From the NCBI RefSeq assembly GCF_018977255.1, contig NW_024704743.1:75332001-75396000 (forward strand): a DNA stretch of 64,000 nt. The letters run 5' to 3'. Below are positions 46,281 through 59,073 of the stretch, piece by piece. The notes under the pieces were generated by a model. It had not been told where the DNA came from and did not search any database. It was given only the letters and a program-made list of their open reading frames with translations. The position numbers were made by a program, and so were the translations under genes. How positions within the stretch are numbered: position 1 is the stretch's first letter; each line of letters opens with the position of its first letter. The stretch is from Callorhinchus milii. Taxonomy: Eukaryota.

Positions 46281-49203
46281 AAGTGAAAAAAATGTTTAAG
46301 TTTTCTGGGTAATAAAATTGTATTGATGATTTTCATTTTATTATATTATAATTTTGAATATTATTATTTTCAGAGTTACAGTTGGTGGCAGAATGTGGGG
46401 GACAAGGGTGTGGGGGAGGGGGAGGATTGACAGGGAGGGTGGGGATGTGGATAAGGGAGGAAAGGTTGGCCTCCAGGGTCAGGCACCGATGGGCCTTGTA
46501 GCAAGAATGGGGGGGTTGGGGCAGTCAGAGTGGCTGCTGTTGGACAGCCAGCGGCATCTGCCACAGACCTACACATCCTACTCAGAATCAACATCCCTTC
46601 AGTAGTATAAAAGGAGCATCAAATCAATTGAGTTTCAGACCCCTGGAAATCATTCTCAAACTGTACAGTGTCATGGCACCTGGAGTGCTGCAAACAGTTT
46701 GGGTTACTGTAAAATAACTGGACTGACCATAACTTAGAGCAGAGCAGAAAAGTTGATTCCCAGTGTTGGAGGGATGAACTTTGCAAAATAATTAGATAAT
46801 ATAGTGCTATTCTGCCTTGAAATAAATAAATGTCAGGAGGTGGGGGGGTCTAAATAGGTATGAAATAGGTTTAATTCATCTTTATGTTGTTGTACTATGA
46901 TAATAATAATGTCCTTGCACTTGATACAGTGCCTTATCACATCTTAGAGACATCTCAAAACTCTCACTGAATATACTGTAAAGTGAATTGACTGTATATT
47001 TTGTGGACGAAATGCTTCATGTTATCAGTGTTATGATGTTATGTTAAAAATAATGAGGGTGTGTGCTACCCAATTTACCTTGATCTAAATGCTACAAAGA
47101 AGCACTTAAAGCCTCTCAAAATCCTTTTGTTTTGTCCTGAAATTCTGCCACGCATCCCAGAGATTGGTCATCTTTGGGTGCCGCAGGTTCCATTCCATGT
47201 AGCGTAGAGCACATGCCTATAATTCCAAAAGCTTTGTCCTTGACCCTGGATGTGACCATAGACTTCACACCTATCATCGCTTCTGAATCATCAAAGTTAG
47301 GGCAAGCTCCTTCCTTACTATGGTTTGCACCCAGCTTTTCTGAAGATAGGTCAATGGACCAGGACACAGTGAATACGTTCAAAGCACCAGCCGCAGTGAC
47401 ATTTCCCAGAGGTGTAATATTACGGACCTTTCATTATCCCCTTCCCCATGGATATACTAATTGTCCAACTCAACAATGATCTGAGAGCTGATTCTCCATC
47501 CATCAGTAAACATTTTGACCTTAGTGGGTGAGCTCATCTTATCTGCTGGTCAGTAAATGTACCAACAAATCCCCATGTCTCTATTAACGACAATCCTGCA
47601 AAATGCGGTTAAAAACTACCTCCCTTACTTTATTTCCGATTTCAGTTTATGAGATTATTTCAGCTAATAAACCTGCAGCAATTATTGTCCATAATCTTTG
47701 CATTTGATATACTGCCTTTAATATCAAAATATCTTCTATGTGCTTCAGGGAATAATAGAATACAGTACAATTTACATTCATACAACAACTTTCATGTCAG
47801 GAGGTCATCCCAAAGCACATTCACAGTTCTTAGATTGGCACACAACTGGGGTGGGAGCTTATCAAGTCTTCGAGATGTCTCAAAGCGGTTCGCAGAATAT
47901 ACTGTAAAGTGTATATATATTGACATATTTTTGTGGGTGGAATTTTGTTGGTATATATTATGAAGTTAATTACCAATTATATTTAGTATTTTGTTAACTA
48001 TTGTGTATTGAGTATGGATGGTAATTGCTTGCCCATTGCTTGTTCATATTGCAGAGAATATGCACACAGTGATGACTTTTAATGGCATTTACAATCCCAA
48101 ATGGTTCCTGGTGTAGGTGAAGGAATGTAAATTGGCTCAGTTCAGACTCCAGTACATTTTGTCTTTGATTTATTTTGAGTTTCAGTGGATGCAACCACTA
48201 CCAATCTGTCAACGGAGACGTAAAGCTACATATTTTGCTGCATGACTCCTGAAAATACAAGTAATTTGCAGGAAGTAACAAGCTACAAAGAACCTATGAC
48301 CTTTGGATCAGTACATGGCCATGGACGATTCTAAAAGCACTTCTGTGGCTATTTTGAGGCTATTTGGTGCATGGGTATTTGAAACAATTGTCTTGAGGAT
48401 CAGATTTGTGCAGTATGTATGTATGTTGTGGTGGTGGGGTGGAGAGGGAGGGGTGATGTTTTGAGTTGTACTTTTATAGTATTGCTAAAATGTCTTTCTT
48501 TATTCAGAAAATTCCTTGAAGTAAGCATTTATCTAAAGGAAAAAGTCCCATTTGGTGCCCCAGCAAATATTAATTTGTCTGGAACCATATCAAAAATGAC
48601 TATCTTTTATACAACAATAATTTTTAACCTGATATTACCCATATACATCTCAAACATAGCTCTGACATCTCCTTCCTTTAAAAAAAGTCATTAAAAGCCT
48701 TGTAATTTAATTCCAACAACGATTCCAAGTCAGCCCTTTGAAGACTAGAAGTTTTTCTTTTGATTTTGTTCAGAGATGTTGACTTTATTCACGATGAGCC
48801 CTCATGGGGTGTAGCTTCCAATAATTGAAGCTCCATGTTTTGTGTTTAATCTTTGTTTGAATGCAGATAGGTCACAGCAATATAATTCATGTAATGCTTT
48901 TACCTTATCTTGTCTTTATCAGTACATGTATTGCTGATCAGAGAGAAGAAAGAAAGAATGAGGCATTGAAACTTAATACCAATTGGAAGAGGTTTACTGC
49001 CAAAACAGGTTTTGATTTCGCCCGACAGTGATTATAATTTGTACCTCACCTCCTGAGGCTGGAGATGCTAACATACGGGTGATGGACTCTCTTTCTCTCT
49101 CTCTCAACACCTGGATGACCTCAAATCACAGAACAACAACGATTAAACGTTTGGAGAAACTCTTACGTGCTCATCAGATCTGTGTACTGCAGAAAATGTT
49201 GGT

Positions 49204-49640
49204 TTGGGTCAACCTAACTCAGTGGTAGCACCTTCGCCTCTGAGTCAGAAGATTATGGGTTTAAACCCCACATCAGAACATGAACTCACATAGTCTAAGG
49301 TGACACTCCAAAGCAGTGCTAGGGGTGGTGGGAGGGTTTCTGGAGATGCCGTCCATCAGATGAGACGTTAAATCGAGGTCCCTTATACTTGTTCAGGTGG
49401 ATATTAAAGATCCCATGGCACTTTTTAAAAAGAGAAGGGAGTTTCTCCAGGTGTCTGGGATAACAACCCCCCCAAAATAAAAAGCGTCATGTTTTTCATG
49501 GTTGTTTGTCGGATATTGCTGTGCGCAATTGGGCTGCTGCATTTGCCTATATATATCTACACTGCCACTACACTTCACAGTAATTCTTATGAAGCGCTTT
49601 GAGACGTCCTCCCAATGTGAAAGGCACTGTACAAAAATGT
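49204..49640 (+). mobile_element. Full-length Deu-domain tRNA-SINE (SacSINE1-like)
   Basis: tRNA-like head, Deu body (gatgagacgttaaatcgaggtccc, attaaagatcccatggcact) and L2-like tail (gaagcgctttgagacgtcc...gtgaaaggcac). Confidence 0.85.
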
Positions 49641-50719
49641 AAATTTAATTTATATAATTCATACAGAAAACCAAAATTACATTGCAAAAACAGAATTGTT
49701 GTTTTTTATTCAACAGATGTTATTTTTTCTCATCTGAAATGAATTTTATAGAACACACTGATAACCCAACTCCATGTGAAGTAAATTCAGAACTATTATC
49801 TATTCAAACAAACGTGAGTTGATAAACATGGAACAGATAAAACCGGATTTCCTTTCACTTTCTTTGCTAAAATAGTACACTATATTTATTTTGATTCAGA
49901 AAATTGCCACCATAATATTGTGTGCTGATACAATATATACAACATATGCATTTAGTTATAAAATAGAAATTACAGGCCTGAAATTCCACCTAGTCAGACT
50001 CAACACAATTATTTTGTCTTAAAATTTAAAATTGTTAAAATAATGTTAAATGTGCCTTAATTTGGAAGCTGGTTCTACTTACAAAATGCAGAAAACATTT
50101 GTTCTTCAAATGAAGTATTTTCCAGTATTCTGCATTCTGACGTTGAAGATTTAAGAGGAATTTTCTATATTGGCTAAGATTGGCTTATAAATAGAATTTC
50201 TAACTTAATATTCTTTCAGTACATGGTTTTCATGTTTTGTTTATATTTAGTGTGTACAGTTATTATTCTCCACATTGGCATAAATTGTTTTGCTGGGATG
50301 CAGTTTGATGGGTGCAGCTCTAGGGTATCCTATTCAAGTGGCCATTGTTCATTTGTGAGCCTTGACAGTGAGTGTCAGCAGCCGCTGTAGAGGACACTAC
50401 AGTGAGCTTTACCTCTCCCCACTTGGCTGCCACAATACAAACAAACCATAAAGCAGGTGCTGGAGACGGACTAGTAGTAGGAACCCTGGCTGGTTAAATC
50501 CTCCCTAATCCTGGGAAGGCTGGAGCCATCTTAGGTTCCTCATGTAGTCTCAAGACCTTCCTCTTTGACTGTGCCTTCAGTCATCTGTCAATCAGCAGGA
50601 CTGTCTCACCTGATCTTAAAACTACAACAAAATAATGACATAAAGAGCTTTTATGATTCGGTAGCATACTTTCCTTCCACTCATTTCCCTTCATTATTTT
50701 AAGCACTTCAGTCTCGCTC

Positions 50720-51160
50720 TATTGCTAGCATTCATTCTCTCCTCTGATTCAGAAGACTGTGTGTGACAGCCTCACTTTGAACTCGTATGGTCTAAGGTGA
50801 CACTCCAGGGTAATGCTGGGGGTGGGGGGTACGCTGTATTGTCCTTTAGATGAGACATTAAAACCGAGGTCCCATCTGCTTGTTCAAGTGAACCTTAAAG
50901 ATCTCATGGCACAATTTGGAAAGAGAAGGAAGTTTCTCCCGGTGTTCTTGCCAACTATCCCCAAGAATAAAATTGATCACTCATTCCATGGCTGTTTGTG
51001 GGACATTGTTGTGCACAACCAAGGCTAAACGTTTTGCCCACAATGCATACTGTCAATCCACTTTACAGTAAATCCTGTGAAGAACTTTGCCATATTTCAA
51101 TGATGTGATAAGGCACTATATGAAGTGCAAGGATTAGTATTATTATTATTATTATTATTA
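50720..51160 (+). mobile_element. Deu-domain SINE
   Basis: Same architecture as 49204-49640, with a (tta)n tail. Confidence 0.8.
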
Positions 51161-52332
51161 TACATATGTAGAACTCTCAGTCTGTTTTGGATGCTCTTAA
51201 GATTGGAAATGGATTTCTGCATTGTAAACATCTGGCTGACCAAAAATAGCTTTGATATGTTAGACCACTTGTTCTGAAGCCTCATGATTGCTTTTTGCAC
51301 CTGCCGATTCCATTTACTGCTCTTTAGATGGCATAGAAACAAACATCTTTCAAAAGTTTGTTTCATTTTACTTGCACACATTATGTATGGCAGAATTTCG
51401 CCCACAAAATATACAATCAATTCACTTTACTTCAGATTCTGTGTAGCGCTTTGACACGTCTCAAAGACGTGATAAGGCTCTATATCAAATGCAAGGATTA
51501 TTATTATTTATATTATAATTGTATTGTACATATATATACAAATGTTTGAAGACATTATTTATTTAATTTGTTTATTCCTTTTGGAATACAGTTTTAATAT
51601 ATATCTCCACGGTGCACCATTGAGGAGATGAGGAGAGAATTCATACAGATGCACAAGTCCTCTGTGACATGCAGCCAGTCTCCAAGTGCAGGCCTCTTCC
51701 CTGAGACTCACTCATACCCACAGAGACCTTGAAATTGCACAACACTGTGGGGGGTAATGAAAAATAATAAAATATTGGAAACATTTTAATATCCAGAAAG
51801 TGATAGGAGAAAATTAGTAAGAAGTGCGATTCTTGTGTAAAAGTACAGATGTCTAAAAATCTATTAACTCGCCTCAAAGTGACAGATATATAAATTCTGC
51901 AAAACTGTTTATACAGTGTATCACAGGTCTGTAATTAATATCTGTAATTAATATTCAGTAACTGACTAATGTAATGTGACAATGATTTTTGTTATTGACT
52001 TTGTTGTTCAGGCTCTTAGTTATTTAATGTGTCTTGCCTATTTTAAAGAAAACAACTGCTTTGGTTAAGATTCCGCTCTAATGGAATGTTTAAATAGTGC
52101 CGATTTTCTAGTATTTTAGGATGTCAGTGTGGCTCCGTTGGAATTGCTCCTCCCTCATTTCTGGGTTAGAAGGTTGTGAGCTCAAAGCCCCATATTGGGT
52201 CTTGAGGTTAATAGTCTAGACTGACAGTCCAGTGAAATGTCTAGTGAGTGCTGAATTATTAGAGGTGCGTCCATCGACCTTTGGGATAGAGAAAAGATCT
52301 CTTTTTTGTGCCTATTTTAGAATTCCTTATTT

Positions 52333-52649
52333 GTGGAGTCCTGTAGCACAGTGGTTAGAGCACTCGCCTCGCAAGTAAGAGACCTGGGTTCAATTCCCGG
52401 CAGGGCGAAACCTTGGGCAAGTTCCTTACTCCACACACTTAATAATAATCCCTCAAGGAAAAATAAAAATAAATTGGTCACTTCAATCCACGACTGTTTG
52501 TAGGACACTGCTGTGCACAATTGCCTGCTGCGTTTCGCCTACAAGTGTACAGTCAATTCACTTTACAGTATATTCTGTGAAGTGCTTTGAGATGCCTAGA
52601 AGGCATGAAAAGCGCTATATCAAATGCAAGGATTATTATTATATTATTT
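52333..52649 (+). mobile_element. Young full-length tRNA/CORE-like SINE
   Basis: gtggagtcctgtagcacagtggttagagc...gggttcaattcc head; (att)n tail. Confidence 0.92.
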
Positions 52650-54059
52650 ACAGACATTGCACAACGTCAGAACTAACTGCAAAGCTACATTTCTACATCA
52701 TGTATATTCGTGTATTGAAGAGCTTTTTCTTTAAAACTGTATTATAAGAAGTAATTGTGATTAAAACTTGTATATATGCCTGCACCTATGCTTCATAATC
52801 GTTAAGTTACTTGGGGAAGAGTGGAGTTTACATTTTACATGTTGCGAAGACAAGTTGTTGCAGAATGAAGTTTACTTAAAACTGCCACAGCTACAACAAC
52901 ACTGTACATGATTGCTGCTGTGCAGAGAGAAAGAGAGAGAGATTGGATTCAAACAAGAGTTTTAAAACAAGAGTTTTTACTAACCATTGAGAGTAGTTAG
53001 TAAGTGAAAATTATATATATATTAAATATACATTATTTTCCACCATTTTCTACTTTACTCTTTTGATATCTTATCATAGGTCTCTGTTCCTTAGCTCAAC
53101 CTATACATGGCCCATGCTCTATCCTTAGCTGTTTGCTTTCATTCCATACAAACCTAGGATGCATCTGAGTAAGAGAATGCACAGCTTCTCAAGACAAGTC
53201 TCTGTTCCTTGTGCTTGACTTGTGCAGAAATGTGAAATCTGAGAAATTGGGTTTATCCTTTGGAGCCTCGATTGTGTGGAAAGAAACTGTCATTGAAGCC
53301 AATAACTGTGTATGTGTACTGTTGGTTGGCATGACACACTGCATTGACTGAGAGTGGTTAGTAAGTGAAAACTAAAGAACGACTTGTATTATTAATGTGA
53401 TTAAGGTTTAACTGAGAGGTTTTCTGAATTGCCGGTACATTTGTTGACATATGTTTAAAATAACATTTCTGTAAAAGGAATGTGCATTCTCTTCTAATAT
53501 TAGTTGAAGCATTACCAGAAGGACTAACTCATTTGTGTCGCCTATAATCTCAGTTATAAGAATAATCATAATCCTTTTACTTAGAATAGCACCTTTCACA
53601 TTGGGAGGACATAACAAAGCACTTCACAGGATTTATGTATTTGTGGGTGAATGCTGCAGACAAGTTGCACACAGCAATGCCCAACAAACGGCCCAACAAT
53701 AAACCAACATTTTTTTTAGGGTTTGTTGGCCAGGAACTGGGAGAAATTCCAGCTACGAAATCACTTCCCAATGTTTGTGGACAAGAATATCTTCCCTTCC
53801 CTTGATATGTGTGCTTGTATTGGTCTAGATCATCACATTGGAGTTTGGAACCAGTTTTCTATGCTATGCTTAAAATTGCTGATCATATATATAATAATCC
53901 TTTTAATAATCCTTCCACTTGATATAATGCCTTATCACTGTGTATCATATCATCCAATTTTCTTTAAAACTGCAACTTCATCTATTTATTGAATTAAATA
54001 ATCCTGTTTTGTGCATTCATATATTTTGTATATGATAGCAAAAGATTCTGTATAACATT

Positions 54060-54550
54060 GTTTCTGTGGGAAAACATCTCAGAGCCCTTCACAAAGTTAA
54101 TGTCAAACCCTAAACTGGGGAGGGTGGGGCTGACTGCAGACACAGTCAAAGAGGTAGGCTTTTAGTCAGGGTTTAAAGACAGAGAGGAGACGGGATTGAG
54201 GGGAAGAGGTTGGAAGCATAGTTAATGAAAGTTTGACTACCAACAGTGGGACAGGGGAGGCAAGGGATACACGGTTGGTCTAATTTGGCTGAGTATAGGG
54301 GGTGGGAAGAGAAGTGGGGTAAGAGTATATCACAGAGATAGGGAAGTCCTAGGGAATGAAGGGATTTATGGGTGAAGGTGAAGACCTGGCAATCGACCCT
54401 TTGGCAACCAAGAAGTCAAGCTGGACCTGGGCTAATGGCATACAGAGTTTTGTGCGGGTGAGGATTTGAGTGGTGGAGTTTTGTATGAGCTGGAGAACCA
54501 GTGACTGGTAGAATGAAGGATATAGGCTAGGAGTGTGTTTGAAAAATCAA
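54060..54550 (-). mobile_element. Highly degenerate L2 3' fragment
   Basis: G-rich tract with remnants such as gtcaaagaggtaggctttt and gcaatcgaccctttggc. Confidence 0.55.
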
Positions 54551-54948
54551 ATTATTTAATGAAAACAATAAGTGTAATGGCTCCAATTCTAGCTAACAAA
54601 TCACTTCCAAATATGAAAATGGAAGGGTGCAAATGAAGGTTTCAATGTTGTTTTGTATGAGATAGAGATAAAGGCAGGCAAACACGAAAGTATAAAGACA
54701 ACCAAAAGTATGAATTCATTTTATGGTACTTGTCCAGCTAGGATCACTCCACTTAGGAGAGTTTTTCACCCAGGTTAAATACATGCCTACATATCTCAGT
54801 CTCATTGAGAAGACAGACAGGCTTGTCCATCATAGGCTATAAGTCAGGGATAGGTTATTGCAGATTTGCTCAGTGTGGCTCTGTAATGTCTGCAAAGGCG
54901 AAAGCCCTGGGGCAATCCCAGTTACATTTACTTAGACACAACATTCAT

Positions 54949-55171
54949 TTTATTGACTTGAAACAGGAGAATAGATCCAGAAAAATTTGAACCTTCCAGC
55001 TCAAGACTGAGCTACCCGGACATTTGCACTCAGAGTAGGGAAAGGGTTTGGCTGACATACGTATCATGCTAAAAATGTGGAGAGGAACTTAACATTTCAA
55101 CTCAAAAGCATAACAGCTCTTGCATTTTACATTTTCAACAGGAATGATGAACGAAGTTTAGCATATTTATT
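54949..55171 (-). terminator. Candidate GCM2 polyadenylation signals (AATAAA at 55166-55171 and 54949-54954)
   Basis: First AATAAA hexamers I found on the minus strand downstream of the stop codon. Usage is not demonstrated. Confidence 0.35.
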
Positions 55172-55617
55172 CAATCATATGTTGTACCAAACAAAGATGC
55201 AACTGTACATAATATGAAAAGCTTTGCTAAATGGCAGAGTACTGATTATTCACTCAGAGCAGGGTAAAAAAATACAGTAGCTGAGATAATTATAGCCTTT
55301 AGTAAGTCATAACAGTTTCAAATGGCATTGTGTGTCTGTGACAACCATGTGATATAATCTGTGAGATGACGTTCACACGTGAACTGTGAACAATCCATTA
55401 CATTTAGCACTTGGAAGATTTTTCATGTGGTTCATTATTATTTGGTGGAGGAGAACATCTGGTATTTAATCTCATAGATACCTGATATAAAGGTCTCAAG
55501 TCAAAATTTAACATTACCAGATTTTAAAGAATGGGATATCCTTTTGTTAACATTTGCATTGAAATTAAGATTCCTTTTCAGTGCAAAATTTCTTGCTGGG
55601 GATTATTAAATGTTTAT

Positions 55618-55875
55618 AATAATAATCCTAGCATTTGATATAGCGCTTTTCACGTCTTCCAGATGTCTCAAAGCACTTCACAGAATATACTGTAAAGTGA
55701 ATTGACTGTATATTTGTAGGCAAAACCCGGCAGCCAATTGCACACAGCAGTGTCCCACAGACAGTCGTGGATCGACGTGACCAATTTGTTATTTTTTTCT
55801 TGAGTGATTATTATCAGGCATGTGGAGTAAGGAAACTTGCGTAAGGTTTCACCCTGCCGGGAATCAAACCCAAGT
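55618..55875 (-). mobile_element. tRNA/CORE-like SINE (head truncated) in the putative GCM2 3' UTR, sense orientation
   Basis: Matches the 52333-52649 family; lies about 175 nt downstream of the GCM2 stop codon. Confidence 0.88.
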
Positions 55876-56049
55876 GCACCCTGTTTAGTAAATAGGATCC
55901 ACTTGTAATACACTCTAGTATCTTCAATGGATTTGAATCTTGTTATTGTCTATATACAGCAAGAAAAAATGGTATAGTGCTTATTGGGGAGAGTTAGGGT
56001 GAATCAGTTCAACAATTGTGACAATTTCGAGCATTTTCCCTGTAGATTT

Positions 56050-56925
56050 TTAGTATTCCCCAATGTCATATCGGGAGGGGTGAGCTAACCGATCACTGTA
56101 TGAGTTTGTAGAATATGTGCCATATCTATAATTTTCCAGTCCTTCTGCCCGCTCTGTTTTGGAAGCTGGCTCCTGTTGGTAGACTATTGCTGATTTGATC
56201 ACCCCATTATCTTCTTGAAACTTTGCCTCCGGGTAATTGGTAGAAGGAATATTGTCTGCTAAGTGGTTGCAGTTTGCAAGATTTTTGGCATCATAAACAT
56301 TGTCACCAAACTTTCCCACAGGCTTATAAGGTTGGTAGGAGACTTTAGTAGTCGTGGTTATGATAGTCTGCAAAGCGGGAGGAGTGGTCCCTGTACCACT
56401 CAACCTGCATGGGTATTCTCCATTGTAGTAATGATTAGAATTTGGTGTGATATGCCCATATTCATTCCTGTCCCCATATCCACCTTTCAATATCTGCTTC
56501 CATCCATGGTGTTTACTTGTCCCATCAAAGGTCCTGTCATGGACATTCAAGCTACCTGCATTGTGTTGAGTTCCAGTGAGTTGCAATGAATCAACTTCAG
56601 GTTGCATATTACCAGAATCTTTGTAAAGCGCTGGATAAGAACTGGAACCTATGTAACCAGGCATGGCAAAATCATAGCCACATGATCCTCTTGGAACATA
56701 TATCCTTGGATTTGAGACCTTTGGAAGTGATGGAACTGATTCCCCTGCAACACTGTTTGAATCGTAGGCTGGATTGAAGGCCTCTGGGTTTTGAAATGGT
56801 GAATAGTGATGTGATGGAATAGGAAAGTTTGGTTCTGCTATTAGGCCAAATCTGTCTGGAGCTTCCATACAGGGCAAATGGTGGATGTTGCTGAAGTGAC
56901 CACTGCTATCATGGTATCTGCTTGC
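56050..56925 (-). CDS. GCM2: GCM2 last coding exon (transactivation region with the C-terminal conserved inhibitory domain)
   Basis: Acceptor ctttcactccag|GCAAGC, then 291 open codons to TAA. Contains PPALQTIITTTTKVSYQPYK (GCM2-specific CCID) and a SYSDR C-terminal motif. The first 7 aa of the ORF-track call are intronic. Confidence 0.96.
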   Translation of the reverse strand, partial: ASRYHDSSGHFSNIHHLPCMEAPDRFGLIAEPNFPIPSHHYSPFQNPEAFNPAYDSNSVAGESVPSLPKVSNPRIYVPRGSCGYDFAMPGYIGSSSYPALYKDSGNMQPEVDSLQLTGTQHNAGSLNVHDRTFDGTSKHHGWKQILKGGYGDRNEYGHITPNSNHYYNGEYPCRLSGTGTTPPALQTIITTTTKVSYQPYKPVGKFGDNVYDAKNLANCNHLADNIPSTNYPEAKFQEDNGVIKSAIVYQQEPASKTERAEGLENYRYGTYSTNSYSDRLAHPSRYDIGEY

Positions 56926-57474
56926 CTGGAGTGAAAGAAAGAACACATATCAACAGTGAGAAAAATCATAATCCGAAAACCCTGTAAACGTTGGTGATTA
57001 AACGTATCACAGAAATCTTAATCTCTATCTGAGAACCATTTTTTTTGTTCTTACATTTGATTTAACTTAAAGACCAACTTTTCCCCATTGGATTTTAAAG
57101 CTCAGAATTGAACCGCTGTACATACAAGCTGGTCTATGTGGGTGCGATTACTGTTTTTCTCCTATCATCTTGAATCTCACAGGAAGACTGTCAGAGAGGA
57201 GAAGCAATTCCAGGCTCCTAATAATGCTTGGTACCTGCTACAGATCATGAGAACAAAAACCTGGGAATTGCAATAAGATTTGTACATATTGAATCCTAAT
57301 GGTAAGCAGATGTGCATAACTCTGACTTGCAGGAGCTTTGCTTGGAGTGAGACTGTGTTGGGTTGAGATTTACCATAATGTTACCGGCAAAAATCATTAT
57401 CTACTAATCCTTTGCGAATCTTGTTGCAAATACTACATTTACAAACCCAATACTGGAAAATGTAAAAATCTACA

Positions 57475-57540
57475 CAGGACGTCCGTCTTATAAGTGGAAC
57501 AATCATATAAGCGGGTCTCTTATAACAGGGTTCAACTGTA
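57475..57540. mobile_element. Possible Tc1/mariner (pogo/Tigger-like) MITE terminus
   Basis: Ends ttataacagggttcaactg-TA, whose reverse complement is TA-CAGTTGAACCCTGTTATAA, with repeated tataag sub-terminal units. The partner TIR is unclear. Confidence 0.4.
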
Positions 57541-57659
57541 CTTCATGGTTAAACCCTTAGTGTGCTGCTGATATCCATCAATTCAGCAAAATTGTTCAAT
57601 CTACAACCCATTGGTCTCCATAGAACTACCAGCAGGTTAAGTAAATAAAATATACTTTT

Positions 57660-57980
57660 ATTTGATATGGGGCCTGCAATGTCTCAAAGACTTTTCTATA
57701 AGATGTATTTACAGATGAATACAGCAACGAAATTGCACCTTCAGACACATCAACAAACAAACATGAAGTAAGTGCTCAATTTATATACAGGATTATTGGC
57801 CAGGACATTGAAAGAAACTCCCTTCCCTTTTTGAACAGTGTCATGAGATCTTTAACATTTACCTGAACAGATAAAATGGACCTCAGTTTAATGTCGCATC
57901 AGAAGGATGGCACCTGCAACATTGCAGCCCAGACTATGAGCTAAACACTCTGATGTGGGGTTTGAACCTACAATCTTTGA
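57660..57980 (-). mobile_element. Deu-domain SINE in a GCM2 intron
   Basis: gtcatgagatctttaacatttacctgaacag...cagtttaatgtcgcatcagaaggatggcacc. Confidence 0.75.
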
Positions 57981-57992
57981 CATAGAGGCTAC

Positions 57993-58225
57993 AAAAACAG
58001 AAGTCCCTGAGAACACTCAGCAGGTCAGGCAGCATCTATGGAGAAAGGCAAGTGAGTCAAAGTTTTGGGTCCGTGATCCTTCGTCAGAACTGGTTCTGAC
58101 AAAGGGTTGTGGACCCAAAACGTTGACTCACTTTCCTTTCCCCATAGATGCAGCCTGACCTGCTGAGTGTTCGCAGACTTCTGTTTTCGTTTCAGATTTT
58201 CAGCATCTGCAGTATTTGGCATTTT
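57993..58225. mobile_element. Fold-back pair of Penelope terminal repeats in a GCM2 intron
   Basis: Arms at about 57993-58090 and 58093-58187 are inverted around cagaac-tg-gttctg. Confidence 0.9.
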
Positions 58226-59073
58226 TTTTGACAAAATGTAATAATTAGCATAACATGGGAATAATTCTTCAATTCTCACAAAATGTACCGACCTTGATGG
58301 ATTAGATCATCCAATGCTATGCTGGTCAGAACATTTCCTGCCTCAGTAAATGTTATGATAAGTCCAGTAAATCAGCCTCAGAAAGTCTTCATGACAATAT
58401 CCATTTTAGAATAAAACCTACTTAACTAAACTGACTTGTCCCCAACATTTGGAGTGCAAGCCCGTCCCTAAAGGAAGGGTTTCATCCACTCTATTCCTAT
58501 TAAACCTGAAAGCTAAAACCCTCATGAGTAGGATGGAGGTAGATAGAGGCTTTAACTGGTTAACTCCAGCAGTACCCCAAGTCACGCTCAGGGGTTCACA
58601 ACCTTTGGCCAACTTGTGCCTAATACCCTCTGAAATAAGGCAAGCGGGATGATGCCCTCCAGGGAGAGTGAACATTCCATTCCAGACACAGGGAAAATTC
58701 CATATATAGGTGGCATACATATGTGGAATGTTGTCTGGTTTGGGCACTGTCAAGCATGGTGATGGATTCTCCATTGTATCAGACCAAACAATATCATTTC
58801 AGACAACCCAGAATTTGGCAAATTGTTGAATTAGCTTTGAAGTTGGTTTTCTATAGCTGTTAAATGAAACTTATAGGAAAATGGCAACAAAATTTAGACT
58901 GCATTTATGGATTTGCCAAATTCTGTACATTGAGGTCACAGAAATTTATAATTCTATAGCACCTTTCAGGTCGGGAGGATGTCTCAAATGCTAGGAAAAT
59001 TGAGTAAATTGAGACACAGGTAGAATTTCTCCCCAAATCTCTTTGAATTGCTACCTCATGAAGCATGACTTAC

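Noticed and set aside
47116..47479. Overlapping ORFs of 88 and 101 aa in unique sequence
   Set aside because: No recognisable domain and no convincing paired splice sites.
50320..50520. Diverged repeat resembling 60030-60170, possibly an LF-SINE-like element
   Set aside because: Similarity is too weak to assign a family or boundaries by eye.
52333..52410. tRNA-like sequences at SINE heads (also near 11600, 16850, 24500, 37830 and 49210)
   Set aside because: They have A and B boxes but continue directly into SINE bodies and occur as diverged copies; they are not tRNA genes.
56926..56946. ORF-track start MFFLSLQ for the 298-aa protein
   Set aside because: This is the intron polypyrimidine tract and AG acceptor; the ORF is the last GCM2 exon, not a single-exon gene.
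58418..58774. 118-aa minus-strand ORF in a GCM2 intron
   Set aside because: No homology recognised; the flanking GCM2 exons already join in frame without it.
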